Source: Kiritimatiellia bacterium (lineage in GTDB: Bacteria; Verrucomicrobiota; Kiritimatiellia; SLAD01). From it: a stretch of DNA of 52,805 nt. The notes under the pieces were generated by a model. It ran no database searches, was not told the origin of the DNA, and worked only from the letters and a program-made list of their open reading frames with translations. The DNA lies in the NCBI GenBank assembly GCA_007136425.1, contig SLGY01000001.1, positions 1-52,805 on the forward strand. The letters are read 5' to 3'. Below, piece after piece: positions 26,824 through 36,185 of the stretch (the stretch's first letter is position 1; every line of letters starts with the position of its first letter). Both the position numbers and the translations under genes were made by a program.

Positions 26824-27051
26824 ATTATACCAATCTCTCATGCTCTTATGGCTCATTCTCTTGAGACGCGACAGAGAGCTTCGAAAAGAATGTACTGAAG
26901 AGACGGGCAAGACTCGCTTCCGCCCTTATTTCCGCTCAGAATCCCCCCAAAACAGCCCCACCGATCTGTCATTCAATTTGACGATCGTCAAATTAAATGA
27001 CAGATCCGAGTGAGGCAAAGTGGCGAGCACTACTTCTGTGTCCCTGTTCTT
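26824..27051 (+). repeat. Copy B of the ~240-bp direct repeat (contains the 44-bp palindrome at 26963-27006)
   Basis: Colinear with 26415-26670. Confidence 0.88.
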
Positions 27052-27067
27052 GTCGCAGGGAGGGTGC

Positions 27068-28276
27068 TCAATACGGTCGATCCGCCGGGCGGGTCAGTAC
27101 CAGTTGCAGGTCGTTGATGTAACGTGTTTGGAATCCGGCTTCGCAATAGGCGAAATAATAGTTCCATTTGCGTTGGAAGAATCCGTCGCGGCCCTGTTGC
27201 AGGAGCGCCTCCGCGCGCTCGTTGAACGCGCGGCGCCAGCGCCGCAAGGTTTCAGCGTAATGCACTCCGATATTATCGATTCGATCGATGGTAAAGGCGG
27301 CATGTCGCGCCATGGCTGTGGACAGGGCCGTAAGCGACGGGAGCGTGCCGCCCGGGAAGATATGGGTTTGGATCCAGTCCGGGTTCCGTCGATAGGCGTC
27401 GTAACGTTGATCTGGAATGGTGATGACCTGCAGGGCGACGCGCCCGCCGGGGCGAAGCAGGCGATCCAACTTACTGAAGAACGCCCCATAATAGGCGTGC
27501 CCAACAGCTTCAAGCATCTCGATGGAGACGATCCGATCAAACGAGCCTCCCACATCGCGATAATCGCGAAGAACGATCTCAACCTGTTTATCAAGCCCTT
27601 CGGACACCACCCGCTCGCGGGCTAAAGCGTACTGTTCCCTGGAAATTGTCACGCCCGTTATGCGACACCCGATCCGTTTGGCCGTGTCGATGGCGAAGCC
27701 GCCCCACCCGCACCCGATTTCAAGGACGTGATGCTCGGGACGGATATCCGCCAGTTCGGCCAAGCGCCGAAACTTCCGTAGTTGCGCTTCGGCGAGCGGC
27801 TCGTCCGCTGAATCGAACATAGCGCACGAATAGGCCATCGTGTCCGGGTCGAGAAAGGTGCGATAAAAGTCGTTACCGAGATCGTAATGCGCGCGAATAT
27901 TGCGCCGGCTGCCGGCGCGCGTGTTACGATTCAAGGCGTGCCGCAACAGGGTCATACCGCGTTTTGCCATACCCGCACGCAATCCGTCTTGTTCAAGCGC
28001 GAGCATATTATTAATGAAAAGGGCAATCAGGCCGGGCAGATCGTCCGTATCCCAATCGCCATCCGTATAGGCTTCGCCGAGCCCGATATCCGCGCCCGCC
28101 GCAACACGAGTGAAAAACGCATGTCGCCGAATCCGCAAATAGACGGGCGCGGACGAGTCGCCGTAATGCCGTTCGGATCCGTCCGGTAGTTGCAACACGA
28201 GATGACCTACTCGGATGAGGCCGAGATACTTGTGCAACGCCCTGGCGGCGACGGCTTGGAACAGTGTCGGCTTCAT
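27068..28276 (-). CDS. cfa: Cyclopropane-fatty-acyl-phospholipid synthase family methyltransferase
   Basis: GLGEAYTDGDW, NIRAHYDLGNDFY, MAYSCA, VLEIGCGWGG, IVSIEMLEAVG, IFPGG; ATGA overlap with the DUF1365 gene. Confidence 0.92.
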   Translation of the reverse strand: MKPTLFQAVAARALHKYLGLIRVGHLVLQLPDGSERHYGDSSAPVYLRIRRHAFFTRVAAGADIGLGEAYTDGDWDTDDLPGLIALFINNMLALEQDGLRAGMAKRGMTLLRHALNRNTRAGSRRNIRAHYDLGNDFYRTFLDPDTMAYSCAMFDSADEPLAEAQLRKFRRLAELADIRPEHHVLEIGCGWGGFAIDTAKRIGCRITGVTISREQYALARERVVSEGLDKQVEIVLRDYRDVGGSFDRIVSIEMLEAVGHAYYGAFFSKLDRLLRPGGRVALQVITIPDQRYDAYRRNPDWIQTHIFPGGTLPSLTALSTAMARHAAFTIDRIDNIGVHYAETLRRWRRAFNERAEALLQQGRDGFFQRKWNYYFAYCEAGFQTRYINDLQLVLTRPADRPY

Positions 28277-29031
28277 GGCGATCCCTTTATCGTCAAGGCG
28301 CTTTGCGGGGGCGGCTTGCGGAAGACCGGCAGCTTGCGTTGATACCGCAGACGCGCGGCCTGCCAGAGAATACGCGGCATGGTAAGTCCGGCATTGACCG
28401 GGTAGCGCAAGATGGTCCGCCAAAGCGCGCGCGTGGTCAGCGGACGCCCGACACCCCACATTGAGGCATCCATGATCACCGCGTCGTCGCGCACGAGTTG
28501 AATGCCGATGTGCAGTGCATCGTCCGGCGCGGAAAACCGAAAGCGATAATGGCCCTCCATATTATTGAACGGCGACACGTGAAAGTGCTTGTCGTGACGA
28601 CAGTCGAGGGGAAAGCGGTCGCCGCCGTTGAGCAGATATAGATGGCGTTCCCCGAACGTGTTGTTGACTTCCGCAATCATGGCGGCGGGCGACCCGTCGG
28701 CGCGCAGGGCATAATAGAAACTGACCGGCTTGAACACCCGCGTCATAAACCGCGCGACGGTCACCAGCACGATCCTATCGATCTCTTCCGTATCAATGAA
28801 TTCGCCCAGCTGTTCACGAAACGCGCCGCTTCCGCGCAGATAGTCGGCGTCCCGCAAGGAAACCGGACGCCAACGATTGTATCCGAACCCGCGAACGGTC
28901 CGGTCAAGCTGCGGCAACTCGTCCAGATCGATGCCGTAGAAACAAAAGGGAAAGACCCAGCGGTGCGACACCGGCTGATGCCGCTCATGCATGACGTACC
29001 CGCTATAGATTCTGCTGTTCATACAGTTCAA
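28273..29031 (-). CDS. DUF1365 family protein
   Basis: VMHERHQPVSH, FKPVSFYY, AEVNNTFGERHLY, KHFHVSPF, RILWQA. Confidence 0.92.
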   Translation of the reverse strand: MNCMNSRIYSGYVMHERHQPVSHRWVFPFCFYGIDLDELPQLDRTVRGFGYNRWRPVSLRDADYLRGSGAFREQLGEFIDTEEIDRIVLVTVARFMTRVFKPVSFYYALRADGSPAAMIAEVNNTFGERHLYLLNGGDRFPLDCRHDKHFHVSPFNNMEGHYRFRFSAPDDALHIGIQLVRDDAVIMDASMWGVGRPLTTRALWRTILRYPVNAGLTMPRILWQAARLRYQRKLPVFRKPPPQSALTIKGSP

Positions 29032-29035
29032 ACGT

Positions 29036-30322
29036 TCATGAAGGAGACGGTTCTGCGTGATCCTGTGCGTGCATCAGCGCGTGGGCCGCTTCAATGCCGG
29101 ACCGGGCCCCGTCTTCATGGAATCCGTTACCAAAATAGCTTCCGGCAAACCACGTATGGCGCGCCCCGTTAAGCGCGGCGAGCCGGTCCCGCGCGGCCAG
29201 CGCCTCTCTTGTAAACATGGGATGGGTGTATAAGAATTCCCCGACAATCCCGCGCGGCTCTTCGGGCAGATCCAGCGACACAAAATACCGTTGCTGCGTG
29301 TCCAACCCTTGCAGGCGATTCATGTCATAGGTCAGACACGTCCGCGCGCCATCCAACCTCTTGAAATTCCACGCGCTCCACACGCGGCGCAGCGGCGGCA
29401 TGACCGATTCGTCGGTGTGCAAGAAGGTCCGGGACCGTGCGTATCGCCAGGGCCCGAGCAGCGCTTGTTCGTCGGGAGAGGGATCCAGCAGAAGCGACAA
29501 CGCCTCATCGGCGTGTACGGCGATCAAGACGGCATCGAACGATTCCTCGTGACCGTCCTGAAACCGGATATGCGCACCCCGATCACGACGCACGCCGGCG
29601 ATGCCGGACTCCATACGGATGGTCACCTGTTTCCAGCCAGCCCGCATACGCCGGATATACTCCTTGCTGCCGCCCACCACGGTTTTCCATTGGGGACGAT
29701 TGTTCAGGGTCAATAACCCGTGATTGTTGAAGAACTGCAAAAAACTGCGGGCCGGGAACTGTAACATCTGCTCACAGGGCGTGGACCAGATGGCGGACCC
29801 CATGGGAATAAGATGATGCTCGATAAACGCCTTTCCAAACCGGTGACGAGCCAGATACCCGGCCAGGGTTTCGTCGGGAATCGTTTGCAAACGCACATCG
29901 CGTTCGGCGACGGAAAAGAATCGAAACACATCACGGACCATGCCCCAGAACGAGGGCCGGACAAGATTGGCGCGCTGGGCGAAAAGACTGTTCAAATCGG
30001 TCCCGCTATACTGCAAGCCCGACCCGGCATCATGATATCCGAAAGACATTTCCGCATTGCGCAACGTCACGTCCAGTTCCTCAAAGAGCGCGGTCAGCAA
30101 CGGATAATTGCGATGATTCATCACAATGAAGCCGGTATCGACGGGCGTACCGGCGTCGGGCCCGTCGGGGATGGTCACCGTATTGGTATGTCCCCCGAGC
30201 CGGGCCTCCTTTTCAAACAAGGTAACGCGATGAACGCGTTGGAGGCGGTGAACGGCGGCTAGTCCCGCAATACCCGCTCCGATGACAGCGATATGTAACG
30301 GCCCAGGATTCATATAGCGCAA
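29036..30322 (-). CDS. FAD-dependent oxidoreductase (predicted fatty-acid desaturase type)
   Basis: IAVIGAGIAGL, RLGGHTNT, VDTGFIVMN, FFNNHGLL, WSAWN, YFGNGFHEDG. Confidence 0.92.
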   Translation of the reverse strand: MRYMNPGPLHIAVIGAGIAGLAAVHRLQRVHRVTLFEKEARLGGHTNTVTIPDGPDAGTPVDTGFIVMNHRNYPLLTALFEELDVTLRNAEMSFGYHDAGSGLQYSGTDLNSLFAQRANLVRPSFWGMVRDVFRFFSVAERDVRLQTIPDETLAGYLARHRFGKAFIEHHLIPMGSAIWSTPCEQMLQFPARSFLQFFNNHGLLTLNNRPQWKTVVGGSKEYIRRMRAGWKQVTIRMESGIAGVRRDRGAHIRFQDGHEESFDAVLIAVHADEALSLLLDPSPDEQALLGPWRYARSRTFLHTDESVMPPLRRVWSAWNFKRLDGARTCLTYDMNRLQGLDTQQRYFVSLDLPEEPRGIVGEFLYTHPMFTREALAARDRLAALNGARHTWFAGSYFGNGFHEDGARSGIEAAHALMHAQDHAEPSPS

Positions 30323-30334
30323 CGCATTGTCCTA

Positions 30335-30946
30335 TTACTCGAAACGTTTGGCCAGGCGCCCCTTGACCAAGCGCGTCCAAAACCCGACTACCGGCAACCG
30401 ATCAAACATCGCGCTGGTATCCCAGTAGTCCTGCTGAAAAATGATCTTCCCTTCCTCGTTGAATCGGACATGCGAAAACCCCAAAGCCTCGATCCGCTCC
30501 TTGGGCGCGGCTTCGGACACGAGTTGCATAGTCCAGCGCGCGTAATAATCGGGTCCGCTACGTTGTATGTCGTCCACCATAAAGGTGCATTCCTTGGCCG
30601 GTTCGGCCATAGCGACGAAATACCTCTCCATCGCATCGATCCCCTGCACTTGGTGGAAGGGATCCCCGAACCAGGCGTCGTCCGCATACAAATCGCGAAT
30701 CCCCTCGCGGATCACTTCTTCGGAATAGACGGCATAGAAATCTTCGAACCGCTGCAGCGCCTCCGCCTCCAATGCGCTGTCCGGCTCAATCAACGCGATG
30801 TCGTCGGTCGCCGCCAGCGCCCGTCGATATTCTTCCAGGTCGATGACGCCCGATTTCGGTTGTGTGGTGCATCCCCAGGTCATAAGCGCTCCTATGATGA
30901 TCACGCCGGTCAGCGTTTGTTTAAAAGATAATGCGATACGTACCAC
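30335..30946 (-). CDS. SnoaL/NTF2-like lipoprotein (likely GTG start at 30946)
   Basis: AAAGGAGG RBS before the GTG; lipobox-like TWGC; LYADDAWFGDPF...GFSHVRFNEEGKIIFQQDYWD. Confidence 0.85.
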   Translation of the reverse strand: MVRIALSFKQTLTGVIIIGALMTWGCTTQPKSGVIDLEEYRRALAATDDIALIEPDSALEAEALQRFEDFYAVYSEEVIREGIRDLYADDAWFGDPFHQVQGIDAMERYFVAMAEPAKECTFMVDDIQRSGPDYYARWTMQLVSEAAPKERIEALGFSHVRFNEEGKIIFQQDYWDTSAMFDRLPVVGFWTRLVKGRLAKRFE

Positions 30947-31929
30947 TCGTTGCCTCCTTTGAAATTGAACAGTTCTTCGCACGCCATGAAAAAGATGCGC
31001 CAACGCATGAATTGCCGTTGCGCGCCTTCGGGACCGTGATCACGGGCGAGCACTTCGATGGCTTTATCGCGGGCGGCGTCGAATTGTCGAAGCCAGGCGC
31101 GCAACGTCCGCCCGTAATGCACGCCGTTGATACGCCAATGCCGTTCAACGACCAGATGATCGTGCAACATGAAAAGCAGGTGTTCGGACGGCATCATTCC
31201 TTCCTTGAAAAAATGTTCGGCCATCCAATTCGAGCGACCCGACGCATGGAAGAGATAGGCCAGTTCACGATGGGTAAAGATATGGATGAAACAGCGTCCA
31301 TCATCTTTCAGCCAGCCGTGGATCCGGCGTAATAGTTCAGGCCAGTTACGCATGTGCTCGAACATTTCGACGGAGACCACGCGATCGAATTGGCGATCGC
31401 TGTCGAAGTGGTTCATATCGGCCCTTTGAACCGTCAGATTCCTGGCGCCGCGCGCGTTGATATAGTCTTTTTGCGTCGAGGAATTGGAAACTGCCGTGAT
31501 CCGCGCGTTGGGATAACGCTCGGCCATCCAGAGCGAAAGCGAGCCCCATCCGCAACCCAATTCCAGGATATCCATGCCGTCGGCCAGCCCGGCGTGTTCA
31601 CACGTATATTCCAGCATCGCCTTTTCGGCGGCGGCCAGCGTATCGACGCCGTTCGGCCAATAGCCCGCACTGTATTTGAGATACGGCCCCATGAAGGTCC
31701 GGAACAGGTCCGCCGGCACCTCATAATGTTGTTCGTTGGCCGTATCGGTGGCGACGGCCACCGGCGCGGCGCGCAGCATGGCAATGAAGTCGTACAGCGC
31801 ATCCAACTGCGCCGCACGTGTCGGTTTCGTTTCCTGCGCGAGCCGCGCGCGCAGGAGCCGGCGAATACCCATGCGGACGGCGGCATCGGGGAGAACGCCG
31901 CGTTCGGCAAGTTGAATGAGATCGATCAT
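30910..31929 (-). CDS. SAM-dependent methyltransferase, CFA/CMAS superfamily (short type)
   Basis: ANEQHYEVP, LKYS, ILELGCGWGSLSLW, VSNS, FDRVVSVEMFEHMRN, HYGRT, WRIFFMACEELF. Confidence 0.9.
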   Translation of the reverse strand: MIDLIQLAERGVLPDAAVRMGIRRLLRARLAQETKPTRAAQLDALYDFIAMLRAAPVAVATDTANEQHYEVPADLFRTFMGPYLKYSAGYWPNGVDTLAAAEKAMLEYTCEHAGLADGMDILELGCGWGSLSLWMAERYPNARITAVSNSSTQKDYINARGARNLTVQRADMNHFDSDRQFDRVVSVEMFEHMRNWPELLRRIHGWLKDDGRCFIHIFTHRELAYLFHASGRSNWMAEHFFKEGMMPSEHLLFMLHDHLVVERHWRINGVHYGRTLRAWLRQFDAARDKAIEVLARDHGPEGAQRQFMRWRIFFMACEELFNFKGGNEWYVSHYLLNKR

Positions 31930-32726
31930 GAATGGTTCCCCCGTTTTGGGAGAGGAAATAGCCGGCTGGTCGTCCGCTGATACTCGCGATACGCCTCACC
32001 GCGCTTGGCGACGGCCTCGCGTTCGACGTGCGGGATACCTGTAATTTTCATCAAAAACACGTACATGGCAACCGGCCCAATCAAGGACCACCAGAACCCG
32101 GGCGCGCCGACGGCCAGAGCGACATAGGCAAACCAGTGGAGCCATTCAAAAAAATAGTTCGGATGCCGCGACCAGTTCCATAAACCCACCTGACACACCT
32201 TGCCCTTGTTCGCCGGGTTCGCACGGAAACGCGCCAGTTGCGCATCGGCCAACCATTCGCCGCCCATGGCGAGCAACCAGATGCCAACCGCCAATGCGTC
32301 AAACACCGAAAACCCGGAAACCTTGTTTGCTCCGGGCAAGAAGGGAATAGCGAACAGGACGACTAAAAGCGACTGTGACGTGAAGAACACGAAAAACCAC
32401 GCATGCGCGCGTGTTCCCCACATCGCGCGCAGCCGCTGATAACGGCTGTCCTCTTCCTCTGTCAGGATGCGATCGGTGAGTATGTACCAAACCAGACGCG
32501 CAGCCCATATCCCGCCCATGGCCCCCAGCAATACGCGTCGGGGCAGCCAGCCATCGCCGATGACGGCCAGATAGACCGCCATGGCGCCCACCCCCGCCGT
32601 CCAACCGATATCCACCACACCGGCGTCGCGTCGGACCACTTGAATGATCCAAAGAACCACAAAAAAGAGAAACGCGCCGATAAAGCCATTCAGCAATTCC
32701 GGCCAATACAGGTCGAACAAATTCAT
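31926..32726 (-). CDS. DUF1295 (steroid 5-alpha-reductase-like) membrane protein
   Basis: VVDIGW, EDSRY, ADAQLARF, GLWNWSRHPNYFFEW, YREYQRTT. Confidence 0.92.
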   Translation of the reverse strand: MNLFDLYWPELLNGFIGAFLFFVVLWIIQVVRRDAGVVDIGWTAGVGAMAVYLAVIGDGWLPRRVLLGAMGGIWAARLVWYILTDRILTEEEDSRYQRLRAMWGTRAHAWFFVFFTSQSLLVVLFAIPFLPGANKVSGFSVFDALAVGIWLLAMGGEWLADAQLARFRANPANKGKVCQVGLWNWSRHPNYFFEWLHWFAYVALAVGAPGFWWSLIGPVAMYVFLMKITGIPHVEREAVAKRGEAYREYQRTTSRLFPLPKRGNHS

Positions 32727-32847
32727 ACACTACACCCCCGCTCATTTGATTCATGCATTACCATCTTTCGCGTGTGAAAGACGGAGGAGTGCGGGAAGAT
32801 AACTCAACAAATTGATTTGTCCAATTCCGTCACACGCGAAGTTGAAA

Positions 32848-33564
32848 CTATTCGAATTGCTGCTTCAATTCGTTGAAGGCGGCTTTGAGCGCATCGTGTT
32901 CGGCGCGCAACGCGTCAAGGTCAGCGCGCAACCTGCGCACCTCCTCCGATTGATCGTCCGCTTCCGCCGGCGTCGACACCGTTGTCTCAACCGCGCTTGA
33001 TTCCGGAGTCCCGCACAGCCGATGCATCCAGCGCACCTCGCGCCGGCCCGGCTCTCGTGCAAGCGATACGACCAACGGCCCGTCCGCATAGGCCGCCAAT
33101 TCGTTCAGCGCCTGTTGCACTTCGTCCAGCCGCTCAAAGGGATGTAATCGCGACGCGCGCGTACGCAGTTCTCCGACGGTTTCAGGTCCCCGCAACAACA
33201 ACTCGCACAAGACCGCCGCCTGCCGGTTGTCCACGGCGAAACGGGCGCCAAGCGTGTGCTTGAATTTCTCGGTACGACTGCCCGCCGTATGCACCAACGC
33301 CGCAAGTCGATGTGTATGCCGCAACCCGCCCAGCGCCTGTTCAACGGCTTCCGACGAGAGCGTCATCACCGGATCACGATTGGATTTCTGGTTACACGCG
33401 TTGGTCAGCGCATTGAGCGTGAGCGGATAGTATTCCGGCGTGGTTACGGCCTTTTCGAACAGGCACCCCAGCACGCGCGCCTCAATGGGCGTCAAAACCG
33501 GCAGGGTCGGACCGTCCGCCTGCGCCTCGTTCTGAACCGCCCCGGTTTCGCCTTCTTCGTTCAT
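32848..33564 (-). CDS. YceH/DUF480 family protein
   Basis: EARVLGCLFEKAVTTPEYYPLTLNALTNACNQKSNRDPVM, LLLRGPETVGELR. Confidence 0.92.
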   Translation of the reverse strand: MNEEGETGAVQNEAQADGPTLPVLTPIEARVLGCLFEKAVTTPEYYPLTLNALTNACNQKSNRDPVMTLSSEAVEQALGGLRHTHRLAALVHTAGSRTEKFKHTLGARFAVDNRQAAVLCELLLRGPETVGELRTRASRLHPFERLDEVQQALNELAAYADGPLVVSLAREPGRREVRWMHRLCGTPESSAVETTVSTPAEADDQSEEVRRLRADLDALRAEHDALKAAFNELKQQFE

Positions 33565-33571
33565 CCCGCGT

Positions 33572-34270
33572 TCATTCCACCGTCTGATCGTTCAACCGCA
33601 ACAGTCGAAACCGTCCGTCCGGGTCCTGTTGCAAATGGGTCAGACGCGCATTGGCCGGTCGAATCGGTCGATCCGGCGGCTCGTCCAGAAGCGCGGTGAG
33701 TATGCGCGCTCCGGTATGATAATGCGATACGAGCAATATCGTCTTGTCCGTCCCGCTGAAACGCGTGCGAACCAAATCCACAGCACGTTCGACCATCAAC
33801 TCGCCGCGCGCAGGCGTGTCCACGTCATACATGTACACCGACTCATCGTCGCGAAACTGGAAATGGTCTTGCAAATCCTCTTCGATCACGATGCGTTCCC
33901 CTTGCACAAGGGCGGGTTCGTCCTCCTCGGTTTCGCGGTCCCAACAGCATTCGTAGATTTCCGGCCAGATCTCCGCCTGGATTCCGCGCTCCTGCAGTAC
34001 GGGAAGAATGGTGTGTTGCGTGCGCCAAGCCGGACTGACAATTACGACGTCAAACTCTATGCCCGCCAGCTTTTCGGGAACGGCCTCGACCTGATCCCGG
34101 CCCCACCGCGAGAAGGTCTGCTGATTCTCTTCCGTATACGTGCGCGTAACGTTCGCCATGGTTTGCGCGTGCCGCAGGAAATACAGATCCAACGTCTCGG
34201 CCTGTGCGCCGCTCCAGACCAGCAACAGCACCGCAACAACCAACCATCGCATTTTACTTCTCGTACTCAT
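33572..34270 (-). CDS. Secreted histidine phosphatase family protein
   Basis: Signal peptide, LYFLRHAQT, VSPAWRTQHT, ILLVSH. Confidence 0.85.
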   Translation of the reverse strand: MSTRSKMRWLVVAVLLLVWSGAQAETLDLYFLRHAQTMANVTRTYTEENQQTFSRWGRDQVEAVPEKLAGIEFDVVIVSPAWRTQHTILPVLQERGIQAEIWPEIYECCWDRETEEDEPALVQGERIVIEEDLQDHFQFRDDESVYMYDVDTPARGELMVERAVDLVRTRFSGTDKTILLVSHYHTGARILTALLDEPPDRPIRPANARLTHLQQDPDGRFRLLRLNDQTVE

Positions 34271-34290
34271 ATCGCCCCTTTCCCACCCCT

Positions 34291-36132
34291 CTACTCGAAT
34301 CGTATTTCGTGCTCGAACCGTACCGGCCCCGTCCCTTGTATGGCGCCGATCAATGTCGGCGCCTTTACGCTCACATTGAAACCCGGCGAATACCAGCCGG
34401 CTTCATCTCCGCCACAAACCACAGCATACGCCAGATTCGGCGCTCGCGAAACATGTAAACGCCCGCCGTCCCACTCGACAATCGTCGCATCCGCCTCTTC
34501 CGTGAGGCGACAGTCGGGCGCAAAATGCAACCGGAACTCGTAGTCGTGCTCGCCCTTCGCCTCAAGCTCGTCGATCACGGTTAACCGATCGTCCCGCCAT
34601 ATCAGTTGCCGGCGATGCGTCACCGGATCGGCAAGCCGCCGATAGCCGTCGTGCTCCGCCACCAGCCGCCCGCCGCCCCATTGCAGTACGCGCGTTCTCG
34701 CATGGCGGGTCCACAGAAACACACCGCCCGGCTCGGATTGGTCGAGCGCGTCAACGGTGACCGTGTTATGCGCGCGCGTGCTGCGATAATAGGCGCGCGC
34801 CGCCGGATCCGCATGATACGAGCCCGTGCCCGGATCGACGAGGATCCGTCGTCCGCCGAGATTCAAGACAAACGACAATGCGTCCGCATGCCCGTGCGCC
34901 GCAAGGGACAGGTAACCCAAGGGTCCGGCATCCGCCAGGCAGAACCGTTCCCGGTCCGTGCCGCGCGCGGCGACCCATAGAAAGAGTCCGGCATCGTAGA
35001 AATCCCGCTCGGTCTCGTCGGGAGCCGCAGGGATGCGGTGCGCTTCCCAAGTCGGACAATCCAGCGCGGATCGGGCCCCGCCCAGATCCAGCGCCTTGCC
35101 TTCATCGCCATCGCCGTAGCGCGGCAGATGACCCCGCGCATCGGACAGCAGCGAGGCGGCGCGGATCATCTTCGCCGTCGCCTCCTTGTACGCCGTTGAA
35201 AAGGGCCGCTCCATCCGGTCCGCTTCCGCCATGGCCAGCAGAAAGAAATCGAGCGAAAACAGGTGGTAGGCAAAAGCCTGTTCACGGTTCAGTCCGTCAT
35301 CGAACGTCTGACGAATCACTTCAAGTTCAAGTTTCTCGCGGGAAAAGGTTTCCCATTCCGCGGACTCGTCGTAATACGGCCATATGGTCGACGCCATGAA
35401 CAAGCCGGCCATTTCGCCGATCAGATGATTGTTCGCGGACGAACCATGAGCGTAATAGCGGCGAATCAGCCATTGGTGCCGGTAGATGGCGGGCCACATC
35501 GTCCCCCGCTCGCCGAAGAGCGCGTCGTGTTGCGGCGCGCCGCGCAACAGCCGCTCGGTCCAAACCCAGGCAATCAGGCGAATGCCCAGTTCAAGCGCGC
35601 TCGTCCAATTGACGCCGCGCAGGAAAGGATTCGCCTGCACCCAGGAGGTCAATTGCCGTTCGACCGCTTCGGCGTAGCGCGCATCTCCGGTGACCGCATG
35701 CGCGGCGGCCAGCACGGAAACGTGATGATGTCGGTTCTTTTCCCAGATGTTCTTTACGTTGCCGACCAAGGCCGGGTCGCGATAGTTGATGTCCAGCGCG
35801 TAGGTTGTCGGCGCGCGCGCACCCGTTTGCGGATCGAGATGCCAGTCGAGCGCCGGCTCATTGAACTCGATGTTTAACATACAGTATTCGCCGCGTAACG
35901 TGCGCTCGGCTTCTACGCACAGGGCTTCTTTTACGGCGGGCTCCAGCGCGGGCGGATCATGCAATGACCAAGGGTCGCGAGACTCAACCACGGGCGCGGG
36001 GTTAGTCCATTCCTTGCAACGCGCCCAACGCCACTTGCGCGTCGCATGCGCGCCGCGCATGTACAGCTCCGCGGGCGACATCGCGCGCAGTCGATTCCAA
36101 TACCAAACCAATGAATGACTCATGCTTTCCAT
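34291..36132 (-). CDS. Heparinase II/III-like (alginate-lyase fold) protein
   Basis: KNIWEKNRHHH, NWTSALELGIRL, SSANNHLIGE, AHGHADALSF, VDPGT, RSTRAHNTV. Confidence 0.88.
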   Translation of the reverse strand: MESMSHSLVWYWNRLRAMSPAELYMRGAHATRKWRWARCKEWTNPAPVVESRDPWSLHDPPALEPAVKEALCVEAERTLRGEYCMLNIEFNEPALDWHLDPQTGARAPTTYALDINYRDPALVGNVKNIWEKNRHHHVSVLAAAHAVTGDARYAEAVERQLTSWVQANPFLRGVNWTSALELGIRLIAWVWTERLLRGAPQHDALFGERGTMWPAIYRHQWLIRRYYAHGSSANNHLIGEMAGLFMASTIWPYYDESAEWETFSREKLELEVIRQTFDDGLNREQAFAYHLFSLDFFLLAMAEADRMERPFSTAYKEATAKMIRAASLLSDARGHLPRYGDGDEGKALDLGGARSALDCPTWEAHRIPAAPDETERDFYDAGLFLWVAARGTDRERFCLADAGPLGYLSLAAHGHADALSFVLNLGGRRILVDPGTGSYHADPAARAYYRSTRAHNTVTVDALDQSEPGGVFLWTRHARTRVLQWGGGRLVAEHDGYRRLADPVTHRRQLIWRDDRLTVIDELEAKGEHDYEFRLHFAPDCRLTEEADATIVEWDGGRLHVSRAPNLAYAVVCGGDEAGWYSPGFNVSVKAPTLIGAIQGTGPVRFEHEIRFE

Positions 36133-36185
36133 TCAGGAATCCCCTCAGACGGCGCCCCAACCCGTTGTCGGCCCGGCGCGCACCA

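Noticed and set aside
26570-26910. Short ORFs of 79-80 aa in the repeat island
   Set aside because: No RBS or recognisable domain; they cross palindromic repeat modules
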